Of a stretch of DNA of 64,000 bases, positions 25,730-37,977 are shown in pieces. Made by a program: the position numbers and the translations under genes. Each line of letters begins with the position of its first letter. Within the stretch, counting starts at the first letter, position 1. Origin of the DNA: Eledone cirrhosa (taxonomy: Eukaryota); the NCBI GenBank assembly GCA_964016885.1, contig OZ024752.1, forward strand, positions 13,454,001 to 13,518,000, read 5' to 3'. The notes under the pieces were generated by a model, which searched no databases, had not been told where the DNA came from, and saw only the letters and a program-made list of their open reading frames with translations.

Positions 25730-25948
25730 TATTCTTTATTATTATTGTAATATAACTTATGTGTATATGTGTATAAGTGAGGTTGTGTATGTATATATAC
25801 TATGTGTATATATAAGAGTAATGAAATATATATATATATATATATATATATGTGCATGTCTGTATTTTATGTGTGTGTGTATATATATATGTGTATGTGT
25901 GTATATGTGTATGTATATATGCATATATGTGTACGTGTGTGTATATTG

Positions 25949-25979
<31 letters not shown>

Positions 25980-26100
25980 TATGTATACATCTGGATGTTT
26001 GTATGTGTTTTCATGGTGGTATGAGTGTGGGATATATATGTTTGTGTATAAGTATATGTATGTGTATGTATATATATATGAGTCTATGTGTGTGTGTATA

Positions 26101-26141
<41 letters not shown>

Positions 26142-26915
26142 ATGTGTGTATGTGTTGCGCGTGTGTGTGTCCGTATTTTTATCTTTTTATATGTGTATGT
26201 GTATGTTCGTGTAAATGTATGTGTGTGTATGACAGTATAGGTATGTGTGTATGTATGTATGTGTGGATATCTCTATGTGCGCGTACATGTATGTATGTGT
26301 ATGTATATCTGTATGCGTATGTACATTATATTATATGTAATATATTTTATTGTTTTTATTATTTTTTTATTTTTCATAATTTATAGATACATTTATATTA
26401 GGCTGTCTGGTCTGACAACCTAATACTGACCCCTCCCCCCCCCCCTCCCACCTAATTTCTGTATCTTGATCTTGAAATGTGTGTACCAGTGTGTTTATGT
26501 GAGTGACTTAATTTCTATTTGCTTATGATTTTATATCCACATATATAAATGTGAGTGGGGGAGTGTGTGTGTTTGTGTGTTCGTGGTTATGTGTATATTT
26601 ATATATATACGCACATGTATGTGTGATTATACTGATATGTGTGAGTATGAAAAAAATATATTTATATGCTTGACTCCATAAGTATCATTGCGTATCTTAT
26701 CAGCGCATTAAGCTTACAGAGATATTAACCTTGAAATTTTTTATTTGCATCCATCTTTTTAGTATGCACATACAAATTATACACACATTATTGTAAAATG
26801 TGTGTAGGGTTTTACATGTATATACACACACCAAACTGCTTTTTAACCCTTTGTGTTTTCATTGGTCAATTTTGAACTGATATTTTGAATTGTTGTTATT
26901 ATCAATAAATATACT

Positions 26916-27068
26916 TCATTATTTCTGAAGACGGCGTATATATGAGTTAGGTATGTATATTTAATCTTGATAATTTGTATAATTTTGTATAATTTTGTAC
27001 ATAGATCTGTTAAATATGCATACCAATTATAACACATATATACCCTAGAAACGATCGTTAAATAGTGA
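26916..27068 (+). ncRNA. Type I hammerhead ribozyme with ~116-nt stem II domain (right arm)
   Basis: Stem I tcattattt/aaatagtga, CTGAAGA 26925-26931, stem II gtatatatg/catatatac, GAAA 27048-27051, palindromic cgatcg, UU. Confidence 0.8.
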
Positions 27069-27114
27069 ACTTTTTTTGTTTAATATAAGGAATTGTTTGT
27101 TCATTATTTGTTTA

Positions 27115-27145
<31 letters not shown>

Positions 27146-27188
27146 GAAAATGAAAATTCGAAGGCAAGGTAAAATTCCAATCATTTAA

Positions 27189-27262
27189 TCACGACACATG
27201 TTTCAATAAGAGATAGATTGATTGTAAAGCCATGATCGATTATCACTGATCTCATCAGGTGA
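27189..27262 (-). ncRNA. Type I hammerhead ribozyme
   Basis: Minus strand reads tcac CTGATGA gatc..tatctcttatt GAAA catgtg TC gtga. Confidence 0.75.
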
Positions 27263-27612
27263 AAATGAAATGTCTTCAAATTCTTGATATGAGGGAGAAA
27301 AATAACGATGTTCTCTCACAGAATTCATTCCCTCATATGAAGACACACCAATCATAGACACGGCGACTGCTATTAACTTCAGTTGAGGTCATAAAAGTTT
27401 TCAGATTTCTATCGTTGCAAAAGACGCTGGACATCAATCAAATCTGTAGGGATACAGTCAGTCACAGTTAATGTGAGTGGGTACACATACATCCCACACC
27501 CACACACACCGGCTCGAGATCAAAGAAAAATATATACATCTATATACACACATCAACACAGTATTAAACCTGTAGAGTTAGTGTGGGTACACACACACAC
27601 TCACACACACCG

Positions 27613-27875
27613 GAATTTAAGGATAGATGGTATACCGCCATACCTTTAGATAAAAAAATAGCACAGCACTTTCTGAATTAGTCTGGAAGCTTAAACACCA
27701 GAATATAGAGCACTCCTTATCCTGGTCCATAGTTTGCTCAGCCCAACCTTATAACGGCAGCACTGGCGTTTGCAATTTATGTATAGCAGAAACTTTTAAT
27801 ATTATTAGAGGCGGCCCCCTATTAATTAATAGGAGAGCAGATTTTTTCAGCAACTGCCAACATAGATCCTCGAAA
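27613..27875 (+). pseudogene. GIY-YIG endonuclease C-terminal remnant (absent from the ORF track)
   Basis: From 27669 it reads LSELVWKLKHQNIEHSLSWSIVCSAQPYNGSTGVCNLCIAETFNIIRGGPLLINRRADFFSNCQHR. This is colinear with LAEKI..WSVLKRATPY..CRLC..E..LLNKR..CNH of the palindrome ORF. Confidence 0.82.
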
Positions 27876-28800
27876 ACCTTCCGCAGGATTTTGGAAGGTA
27901 CCCTACCACTAACTCCTCCCTCTCTACTTTAGCCATAGAGTTCTCTCAATAAACAGACAGTCACACACTCAGGTAGTTAGACGGCTAAGATTGTTTGTGC
28001 ACTTACAAACGATACTCGGCTTGTTTCCACGGAGTTCTCACAGCTGAGTGCACTTTTTTAGAATACCCAGCTAGTAAATAGTTAGATTGATTACACACTT
28101 AGTATACCTAGTTAGTAACTGATTGCACACTCGGACATTACCAATTACGCGCACCTACTTTTACTTTAAGATACCCTAACCATTGAGTTCTCTCAGTTGG
28201 GATATAGCTAGTCGTATTACACATTTAGTTAGGACCGATTACGCTCTCTATACATAACTCTACACACAGTACCTTTAGACACCCGACTGAACACTACACT
28301 AGGTTTTGATCCGTGATCATCCAGCCATGGAGGACTCACTGTTACGGATTGAACAATAATACTGACACACCATTAATGGGCCTACACACATCCTTTGGAT
28401 TTTACTATCCTGTGCTTTTTTTTTTTTTTTTTTTTTTACTTCACCTTCTGTGCTGGATAACACACCTCCACCATTCAAACAACTATCTTAAAAGTTCATC
28501 GGCCCATATGACGGGAAATTGCATTTACCCAATACCCAACCCTACACGGAGCCCTTTGCTGGCCTACATTGCGGTTGCTTGCACGCACGGATTTGGTGAC
28601 TCGGATTCTCAATGGGACAGCGGTACATACTGAGTTCGATATGAGCTGATTGCTTGCTCTTCACATGGATGTGTATATACCTAGACATACCCTTTTTTGG
28701 ATGATTCGGATGTGTATATACCATAACACACACTTGAAGATATGGATGTTACAATTCAATCTATACACGTATAGCAGAACACTGAACTGAACTTACTTGC

Positions 28801-28837
<37 letters not shown>

Positions 28838-29354
28838 GGGCGTTGGTTAACCCAATATTTCCAATTTACATCGTCAAATTGAGATTTGACCAATATGGCT
28901 TCTGTTGTTTTGTGAACTAACTTTCGGTGAGTGCTGTGTTGGTACATTTTTATATTTATTTATTTGTTTTCTTATATTTGTTTTTTCTCGGACATCGCAT
29001 CGGTGTGTGTGAGAGTGTGTGTGTACCCACCCACACTAACTCTACAGGTTTAATACTGTGTTGATGTGTGTATGTATATGTATATATTTTTCTTTGACAT
29101 CGAGCCGGTGTATGTGGGTGTGGAATGTGTGTGTACCCACTCACATTAACTGTGACTGACTGTATCCCTACAGATTTGATTAATGTCCAGCGTCTTTTGC
29201 AGCGATAGAAATCTGAAAACTTTTATGACCTCAACTGAAGTTAATAGCACTCGCCGTCTCTATGACTGGTATGTCTTCATATGAGAGAATGAATTCTGTG
29301 AGAGAACATCGTTATTTTTCTCCCTCATATCAAGAATTTGAAGACAATTCATTT

Positions 29355-29427
29355 TCACATGATGAGATCAGTGATAATCGACATGGCTTCACAATCGATC
29401 TATCTCTTATTGAAACATGTGTCGTGA
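29355..29427 (+). ncRNA. Hammerhead copy with mutated core (ATGATGA)
   Basis: Mirror of 27189-27262 with C>A at the first core base. Confidence 0.65.
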
Positions 29428-29610
29428 TTAAATGATTGGAATTTTACCTTGCATTCGGATTTTCATTTTGATACTTATACTCCGTTTTACATCATCTAGC
29501 TTTTCCCTTGAATGGAATTGGAGATATACAAAAGCGTGGAGAACTTAATATTGGTAACATAAAGTTATTGGACCATTTTTCACGACCAATAATGCACCTT
29601 ACTATATAAC

Positions 29611-29667
<57 letters not shown>

Positions 29668-30163
29668 TATGAAAACATGGTTGCAACGTGGCTGCAAATG
29701 GGTTACATATGAATAAATTTAGTCCTTCATCAGTGATCTGCCAACCTTCATTGGTATTTCATCGCTTTAAATACCATATACCTCCGGTTGGTGCGAGCAA
29801 CGGCTAAAGAAAGTATTTGGGACACGTAAATAAGGGGAACGAGCGAGACTGTAAACAATCAAAGATGGTAATGCACCGAAAAGTGAGGAAGAAGGAGTCA
29901 AGTCCCTGAAATCGATGAACATAAGTTCTGTGAAATCGTGAACGAGAGAGAATAAAGAACAACCGACCTGGTCAAAGGGTGCGTCAGAAAAAGAATTTCG
30001 CACAGATCAAACGGGCGGATGAAGGAGAGGGAGTAGCAGAGAGTGAGTGAGTGAAAGGTGAGGAAGAGGCTAACAGAGAGAGTGACTGTTAGAGGGGATA
30101 AAGGGAAGTGAGAGATACAGAGAAAAAAAAAAAAAAATATATATATAATAATAATAAAATGTG

Positions 30164-30224
<61 letters not shown>

Positions 30225-30231
30225 TCTTTTG

Positions 30232-30267
<36 letters not shown>

Positions 30268-30381
30268 TCTTTGAGGGCGACTGGCCGAGGTAAAGGCAGC
30301 TAGTTGGTCAGTCGTCCTCTTTGTCTCTGTCTCTGATTTTTCGGACCCATGGTTTTTTACATATTCCTTTGTTATATTCTA

Positions 30382-30439
30382 ATACCTGATGATATCACCG
30401 GTTTCATATGGAACCCGGTCATTGAAATGATCATAGTAT
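30382..30439 (+). ncRNA. Type I hammerhead ribozyme
   Basis: atac CTGATGA t-at-c-accgg..ccggt-c-at-t GAAA tgatca TA gtat. Confidence 0.8.
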
Positions 30440-30443
30440 AAAC

Positions 30444-30550
30444 ATTTTTTCGAAAGAAAAAAACTTTCTTCCCCCGAGATCACGTTAACAAATTTCAGAA
30501 ATTTGTTAACGTGATCTCGAGGGAAGAAAGTTTTTTTCTTTCGAAAAAAT
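30444..30550. repeat. Near-perfect hairpin
   Basis: tttttcgaaagaaaaaaactttcttccc..gttaacaaatttc-a-gaaatttgttaac..gggaagaaagtttttttctttcgaaaaa. Confidence 0.9.
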
Positions 30551-30928
30551 TTTTTTCTCTCGAAGGAATTTCTTAGGAAACTTTATATTTTTTAAGGAAA
30601 CTTTATATTTTTATTTTTTTATTTTATTAGCCTCTTAATTTCTTCTAGTTTATTAGGTTCTTGGAGCCTGTAAGCTTTATGCACTTATTGAGGGATTTTT
30701 TAAGGTGCTTCTACGAGATCCCAAGTCTTTTAATTTAATTTTTACTTTTAATGCGTAAATTATATATTATCTAATTTTTAACCTTCAATCCCTGACCCCG
30801 ACAACTAATATAAAAGAGCCCCCTTAGAATATAAACCCCAACTATACAAGCGGAGCTGCTGATGTATACCACAATTTCAATTGAATGATACGTTGAAGTA
30901 AATAATGATCTTACAATCACATGTTATA

Positions 30929-30975
30929 TGCCTTGAAAAGTCCCACCATAAGGTCGGACGAAACGGCTGTCGGCA
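30929..30975 (+). ncRNA. Degenerate hammerhead (core TTGAAAA)
   Basis: tgcc TTGAAAA gtcc..ggac GAAA cggctg TC ggca. All three stems are intact, with two core substitutions. Confidence 0.6.
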
Positions 30976-31121
30976 ATAAACTTGTTATAATGTCATAATA
31001 GTTCCTTTGTTCTTTTTCACTAATATTTCTGTTCTGCTTATACGCATAGAGCTTAACTAGTTACCGTCACATATTTGGTAGGTCAGACGTGATCATCGCG
31101 ATTCACATACGACCTACCATA

Positions 31122-31167
<46 letters not shown>

Positions 31168-31377
31168 CGTTTCTGAATTTGTTTAGCAAGATTCTTTATC
31201 TGAAATCGTGTGTTGAAACCGATATTGTTATACGTTGGGATGGTCATGTTGCCAATAAGAAACACACGCACCAGTTGCTTTCACTTCAATTTATTATAAT
31301 AAATTTATAATAAATTTATAAATTTATAAATTTCTGGTTGGTTGGTTGGTTCCACAACCAGATAGTTGTTTATATAT

Positions 31378-31422
31378 AGTCATAGTTCTTTCGTCACACA
31401 CTCTGTGACCTCTTCAGTGACT
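31378..31422 (-). ncRNA. Minimal type I hammerhead ribozyme (inverted copy)
   Basis: Reverse complement of 31528-31572. Confidence 0.8.
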
Positions 31423-31527
31423 GGGGATTCCTTTCTTTGTTTCTGTGCCTCTCCTTTGTTCTGTCCTACGCCATTTTGTTTCAAGACAGAACAAAGGAGA
31501 GGCACAGAAACAAAGAAAGGAATCCCC

Positions 31528-31572
31528 AGTCACTGAAGAGGTCACAGAGTGTGTGACGAAAGAACTATGACT
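31528..31572 (+). ncRNA. Minimal type I hammerhead ribozyme
   Basis: agtca CTGAAGA g-gtcac-agagtgt-gtgac GAAA gaac TA tgact. Confidence 0.8.
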
Positions 31573-31708
31573 ATATATAAACAACTTTCTGGTTGTGGAA
31601 CCAACCAACCAGAAATTTATAAATTTATTATAAATTTATTATAATAAATTGAAGTGAAAGCAACTGGTGCGTGTGTTTCTTATTGGCAACATGACCCTCC
31701 CAAAGTAT

Positions 31709-31751
<43 letters not shown>

Positions 31752-31835
31752 CACATACACATACACATATATATATATATACATATACATATACATATAC
31801 ATATATATACGCACTTCACTATATACATACTTAGT

Positions 31836-31960
31836 GAAGGCGCATGGCCGAGATGTTTGAGAATTTGAATTCGCAATCGTGAGGTTGTGAGTTCCATTCC
31901 TGGACCGGGCGATGTATTATGTCCTTGAGCAAGACACTTTATTTCACGTTGTTCCTTCTA
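31836..31960 (+). mobile_element. tRNA-derived CORE-type SINE (family B), partial
   Basis: A/B-box-like head, then gtccttgagcaagacactt. Related copies at ~46370-46570 and ~58612-58750. Confidence 0.75.
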
Positions 31961-32190
31961 CCTGGAGTTACGAACGATATATAGTATTAGCAATTGGAAA
32001 GAACAGCGGAAACATTGTTTCCTCGGTCCGATTTGACGAAAGTCGATCGACTGTCGATTCATACTTGACCACACACATATATATATACCTCACTATATAC
32101 ATACATGACCACATATATATACCTCACTATATACATACTTGACCAAATATATATATATCACAATATACATACATGACCCTATATACACAT

Positions 32191-32242
<52 letters not shown>

Positions 32243-32247
<5 letters not shown>

Positions 32248-32410
32248 ATGTAGAAAAGTAACACATGACTTGATATATATATATATAAACAAATAGTAGA
32301 AAGGGAAAAGATTTTTTCAGTAGGAAATATTGAAGAGATTTTTTCAGTGAAATATCAAAACATTAATTTATTTAGAATACCAGTTTCAGCATTATATGCA
32401 TTGTCAATCT
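32243..32410 (+). repeat. Left arm of a diverged inverted repeat pairing with 44035-44197
   Basis: atcgaatgtagaaaagtaacac..cagcattatatgcattg matches the reverse complement of 44035-44197. Confidence 0.85.
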
Positions 32411-32752
32411 ACTAATGCATTAGCAGAGAAGAATGGACAGAGAAATGATTTCTCTTGTATGAGAAAATTAATTTTCCTCCCCTTTTTATTTCTATTATTA
32501 TTATTATTATTGAGTCTGAACGGATTTCTTTTTGCTCGCTCCCGTAAGTTTATTTATTTACCTGTCAAAACTTATTTATTGAATTTTGTGTTGTTGTGTA
32601 AGGCATACAAGCCGTTGGACTTTGCCCTGTGAAGGGGAAAGATATGTCTGCTGTCGTGCGACAATGACGTAAAAGTTGAGAGGAACGCTACGGCGAAATT
32701 AACAGGAAATGATTCACAAACAAGACCACAAACAATGTAAATAAAGACAGCA

Positions 32753-34565
32753 ATGATAACAACACTGATAACTCTAATCTTGAAAAAGATGACAGTAACA
32801 GCGACAACGAAAATACAAATAACAAAAAAAAATGACAAATGCAACAACAATATCAACACCACTAACATGAAAACAAATAGTGACAACACCAATAGCAACA
32901 ATACCAACTGCACCGAGAACAACGATGACAGTGACAACAGTGAAACCAAAGACAACAATGATAACAGCGACAGTGATAACAGCAACACCAACAAGAACAA
33001 CGACAACAAGAAGAACACTTTCGCTGCGGCAGCAGCAAAAAAGAGGCCATGCTACAACATGGACGTCTCAAACAAAGATGAAAAGTTTGCCCAGGCATGG
33101 AAGCTCATCAACCAAGAGCAAACCTGCACCAACTTAACTGTCTCGGGAGAAGCTATTGATGTAGTGGAGCGCAGAACGGTGCATTATAGATGCATCTCAG
33201 CACAAACCAAAAGGGCAGCTTTAATTCCACAAGCAGATGTCGAAGTCGCGCTGAGGTGCATCAGAGATGACACGGAATACATAGCGAGGGGCAGACAGTA
33301 CGGCACCATTTCGGTACTGTTCAAGTCAGAAATCCTCGCTATGAAACACTCTATGACTCCTTGCAAAACCAGCAAGGTCATAATGTACCCCTCCCACATG
33401 GGGAAACGAACGGCCCGTCTCCGCATTCCCAGAATCTCACCAGGACTTGACATGTGGTGGCTTCTGGGATGTGTGATTGTGGAGGGGACGGATACCGTTC
33501 CGAGAGAAGTGACAAGAACGGCCAGAGAAGACTGGTCCGGCGTTGACTTGGAGATACTTCAGGATTCTCCAGGTCAAACCCGAGAATGTGAAGACAATCC
33601 CGGACCACATCCGCCTTCAGAATGGGATGGTCATTCATATTATGACCGATGAATAAAAGGCCGCATTGTTTTGTTTGTGGGGAAAAAACCCATTTGCGAG
33701 CCTTCTGCCCTCAACTGCTGAAAGATGCAGGGGGTCGAAGGGCTCCACAGCTGCCGACGCCAACAGCAGCACCGGCAAAACCACCAACAACAACACCAAT
33801 AGAAAGACCACCACCAACATTGACCACCCAGGGGGGGGAAACGAGGAAAGTTGTCAAATTTCTCCTCCCCCCCCCCCCAAATACTCACACCAATAAAACC
33901 ATAAACACACACACAGACACACTTACAGACACAGACCCCTCATCTACCAGTAGTGAATATGAGGGAAAACCAAAATCCCCCAAAATACAAAAAAGGAAAC
34001 ACAAAAAGAAAAAAAATTCAACAAAGCACAAAATCACCCACAATAAAAAATGCAGACACCACCCACGCAAACATCTCTCCAATAACACCAACATCAACAC
34101 CACCATCACCATCACCAGAATCCTCCAAACGCAAACAACATAAACAGACGCAAGAACAAATACACACACAAACATCTGAAACCACAGACACCGCACTCAC
34201 AACAAACACAGACAACCGAAACACCACCACAACCACACAAACAAATAAAATCACACCAACAAAACATACAAAACTTCGTGCTCGTCAGGAGGGCCAAAAA
34301 GGAACTGATGGCCCTCGTATCACGAAGTGAAAATATACAAAAAGAGGGGGAAATTTTTAAATCGAGCACATTTCGCGTGCCGGAAGATTTGTTTCTGGTG
34401 CGAATGTCGCTCGATTTATACAAAGAGATACGAACCACGAACGTAAAACCCACTTCAAGACTTTTAAAGGGGTTCCCAAAAGAAACCCACCAACTATGGA
34501 GGTCGAACCACCCGACCTTCACAAAAGCCCGGAAGGTAAGTAAACCTTTCCTCTCTCTCTTTTAA
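32753..34565 (+). pseudogene. LINE ORF1 (gag-like, CCHC knuckle), frameshifted
   Basis: Asn/Asp-rich N-terminus, TFAAAA motif, and CFVCGEKTHLRAFC in the 33649 frame. Confidence 0.75.
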
Positions 34566-34574
34566 TCTGCCAAC

Positions 34575-37500
34575 ATGGCCGTATTAAGAGTAGAAAGTTT
34601 AAATGTTCGAGGCCTGGGATCGTCCTGGAAGCAGGGTCACCTGCTCAACGACCACAGGTCTCTAGAAATGGATGTAATTGCCGTCAGCGAGACCAGGATT
34701 TCCGACCCGCGCGCACTAGCCCCCATTTTCGACGATTATCAGATCTTTGCATCTGTTAGTCGGCCAGGAATGGGAGACGGGGTGGCAGTGCTGTTTAGGA
34801 AAGGCCTGGATCTCGAGGTAAGGTCGATATTCCCGGACCCGGACGGGAAGTTGGTGGTCCTGGACGTGAACAATAACGAAGGTGGTGCCTTTAGACTGGT
34901 GGCCGTCTATGCTCCTACTGGGGCAGGACGGCCGGACTTCTTTAGACGCCTGGAAGCCTTTCTGGGTACGTCTCGCCCTTTACTGATAGCGGGGGACTGG
35001 ATCGGCATCTTAGACGCACGCTGGGACTGTGTGGGAGTATCCGATAGGATCGGGGGGTGGGGGTGCAAAAGCCTCAAGAATCTGATCAGCCAGTTCCAAC
35101 TGTCTGACAGGTACCGACTAGATTTCCCTAATGCGCCAGTGTAGACCTGGACTAACCGCATAGGGTCATCTAGATCGTATATAGACAGAATATTCATTAG
35201 GAAAATAGACAGAAATAGTGTAAGCTGTCCACGTTTTAAAACGGTCGCCTATTCAGATCACAAGTTTGTGATCTGTATGGTCGACCTAGATAAGATGCGT
35301 AGGTTAGGACCTGGTTACTGGAAGCTGAACATCTCATTTCCGGCACGTAAGGCTTACAGGACCAGGTCAACAATTTAGTTAAGAAAAGGTTGACAGGGGA
35401 AGTTGTCAACAATAGATGGTGGGGGGCTCTCAAAAGAGAGATTAGGGTAATGTCGATAGAGTTTAGCAAAGAAGTAGCGTTAGAGAAAAATAGAAAGGAG
35501 GGGGAGTTGGTAGATAAGTTAGACGAGGCTATTTGTAGTGGCATTGCAACTAACCTGCTAGCGGCGAGAATGGCATTAGACCATTTCTTCAATGCGAAAC
35601 ACGAAGGTTGCATTGTCAGAGCTAAGGCGCGTGCCCTAAGAAACGAGGGAACCAAAGCTGTCCGATGGGCCCGCTTGGCAGAGGCGCAGCGTGGTAATAA
35701 AACCACAATTCCGTCTTTGGAGGACCGAGACGGACACGAGCTGAGCGATTCCAAGCGGATGTGTGAGGCCTTTCGCCAACATTTTGCTCGGTTGTTCGGG
35801 GGAAGTGGCGGGTCAGAGATGGTGACGGACTTCAGTCCCTACCTCGATGGCTTGCCGCAACTCTCAACGGCCGACGCTGGGCGCTTCGAAAGGCCGATTA
35901 CTTCAGCCGAGATTCAGGATGCCCTTGCCGGCTGCATGAGGCGCAAGTCACCCGGTTTGGATGGTCTGCCCTACGAGCTTTACGTAAATATGCTCGACTT
36001 GTTCTCCAATCTCCTCGAAGCGCTCTACTGCAACTGGCAGCAGAACGGGAGTATTCTCAGTTCTGTGAGCCGGGGCATAGTGACGCTGATAAGGAAAGAC
36101 GAGAACAAGAGGGACACATTAGACAATTTCAAGCCCATAACACTGCTCAACACAGAGTTTAAGATTTTGGCCAGGGTGTTAGCGAAGAGTTGGCGTTTGT
36201 CGTCGGGGATTTGGTTGGGGAGGCGCAAACTTGCGCAATCCCAACCAGGTCCATACGCGACAATCTCCACCTAATGCGATATATCATAGAGAGGGTAGGG
36301 TGTAAACCTGACTTCGGTGGCGCTCTGATCAATTTAGATCAATCGAAAGCATTCGATAGGGTCGACCATCGGTAGCAGGAGGCTGTCCTCAAGGCGGCTG
36401 GCTTCGGCCCCGTCTTCAGAAGCTGGATCGCTGCAATGCACAGCGGCACCTGCTCGGTGGTCAAAATTAATAGCCACCTCTTTGAACCGTTTCAGGTCTC
36501 CCGATCGGTCCGTCAAGAGTGCCCTCTCTCCTCCCTTCTGTACGTATTGACTCTCGAGCCTTTACTGCGGAAGCTGGAGCTGTTGCAGGGCATCCCGCTC
36601 GAACCGGGACGCGGAAAGGCTGTGTCGGCTTATGCGCACGACATCACCGTGATGGTGTCGGACACCTCAGAAATCGAGGTGTTCGGCAACTTATTGGAGG
36701 AATATGAAAGGTTGACGGGAGCAAAACTTAACCCGGAAAAGTCGGTGAGCTTGCAACTCGGCACCTGGAGAGGCAAGTCCATGCCATCCAACACCGTCGT
36801 TAGGCGCTGGACGGACAGACCGGCAAAGTTGCGCGGGGTTTGGCTCGGGCCAGACCTCCAGGTGGATAAGAATTGGGACGAGGTGATGGGCAGGGTAGTC
36901 AGTCTCACCCAGAAATGGGCTGCGAGAAAGCTATCACTGAAAGGTCGGGCGGAGGTGGCGAACGCGTACATCGCGTTCGTCATCTACTACCGTCTGACCG
37001 TCGTCCCTTGCCCCCGTTCGCGCCTCGCCATCTTGGAGCGGCTCCTCTTCAAATTCTTGTGGAGGGGTCAGGTTCCGTTGGTGAGGCGGTCCATCTGCTG
37101 CCAGCACCCTCTACGTGGAGGGCTGGGCATGCCGTGGCTAATGATGCGCAGACACTCGCTGAGGCTGCGGCATCTCCAGATATTCTGCCTAAACCGTGAA
37201 CAGGTGTGGTCGCCGTTTGTCAGCTGGTCTCTTTGACTGAGCTGCAGTCCTGGGTCAAGAAGAGACCGAGACTGGGTGACTGGCATCTGGAATGTTGCCA
37301 GGCACTCACTGCCCTCTACCAGGCGGGCAATGCGGTCAGTGGAACTTCCACTCTCGAGTTCTATAGAGGATTAGTGGTGGGCAAGTGCGACGACGCACTC
37401 GGAGAGGCTCTGGGAGTCGACGAAGTCGAACTAACTAGTCTGTCCCGCCGCCTTCTTTTGGCCAGGAAGGGCAGGAAATTTTCCTCTGTCTGGTGGCAGT

Positions 37501-37714
37501 AGCGAAAGAGCTTGTATGGTGGACGAGGTTGAAAGAACTGAAGACAGACACTTTTCTCTTCGGCCAATCCCTCATCAACTTGTTCAAGTTTCACTTGAAA
37601 AGGAAGGTGAGGGTGGAGAGAGAAGTGCTGTCCCCCAGTACATTTGCTGAAAGGTGGGTGAATGTGGCGAGAATGACGTGGGTGAGTGGGCCTACTCTGG
37701 TCATACGCCTGTAG
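34575..37714 (+). pseudogene. LINE ORF2 (AP endonuclease plus reverse transcriptase) with several stops and frameshifts
   Basis: SLNVRGL, SET, VYAP, GDW, KSPGLDGLPYE, PITLLNTEFKI, DQSKAFDRVDH, RQECPLS, YAHD (normally YADD), LSLKGR, GGLG. Confidence 0.92.
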
Positions 37715-37977
37715 GTGGGTAAATTTCAGGAGGAGAGGGGTGCCCTTCCAGGGTGCTCTCAAAGCGTCGGGTCGTTCAAGATTGGTGGGGTACCTGAGCG
37801 AACCCTGGGTGGTCATCACCCCTATTGAGGAATTTTTCTTGTATTTTTCTTGTTACTTTGTTATTGTTATTCATATTGTTTTCTCGATTTTTCTGTAAAA
37901 ACCCCACTGTCCCAGTCTTTTGTATTGTCCCCTATATGTCGGCCCTTGTGGCCAATAAATGAAATCATTATTATTAT

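Larger units (their letters stand above)
17653..27123. mobile_element. ~9.5 kb palindrome made of two head-to-head copies of a 5'-truncated Penelope-like (Naiad-like) element
   Basis: Arms ~17653-22375 and 22393-27123, with a 17-nt spacer. The mirrored 323-aa ORFs differ at one residue. Each outer end carries a hammerhead. Confidence 0.92.
27146..29613 (+). mobile_element. Second Naiad-like Penelope element, 5'-truncated, with ~465-bp inverted 3'-end copy
   Basis: 27147-27612 is the reverse complement of ~29001-29469. An endonuclease remnant starts right after the inversion. Both ends are in (TA)n. Confidence 0.85.
31222..31715. mobile_element. Fold-back insert with a hammerhead in each arm
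   Basis: Arms 31222-31465 / 31485-31715, lying between (TA)n tracts. Confidence 0.85.
32512..37966 (+). mobile_element. Near full-length, decayed L1/Tx1-like LINE
   Basis: ORF1 with a zinc knuckle, ORF2 with APE and RT, and a 3' aataaatgaaat. Both ends abut (ATT)n. Confidence 0.9.

Noticed and set aside
29700-29745. Minus-strand CTGATGA-aggac
   Set aside because: No matching stem II partner or GAAA downstream.
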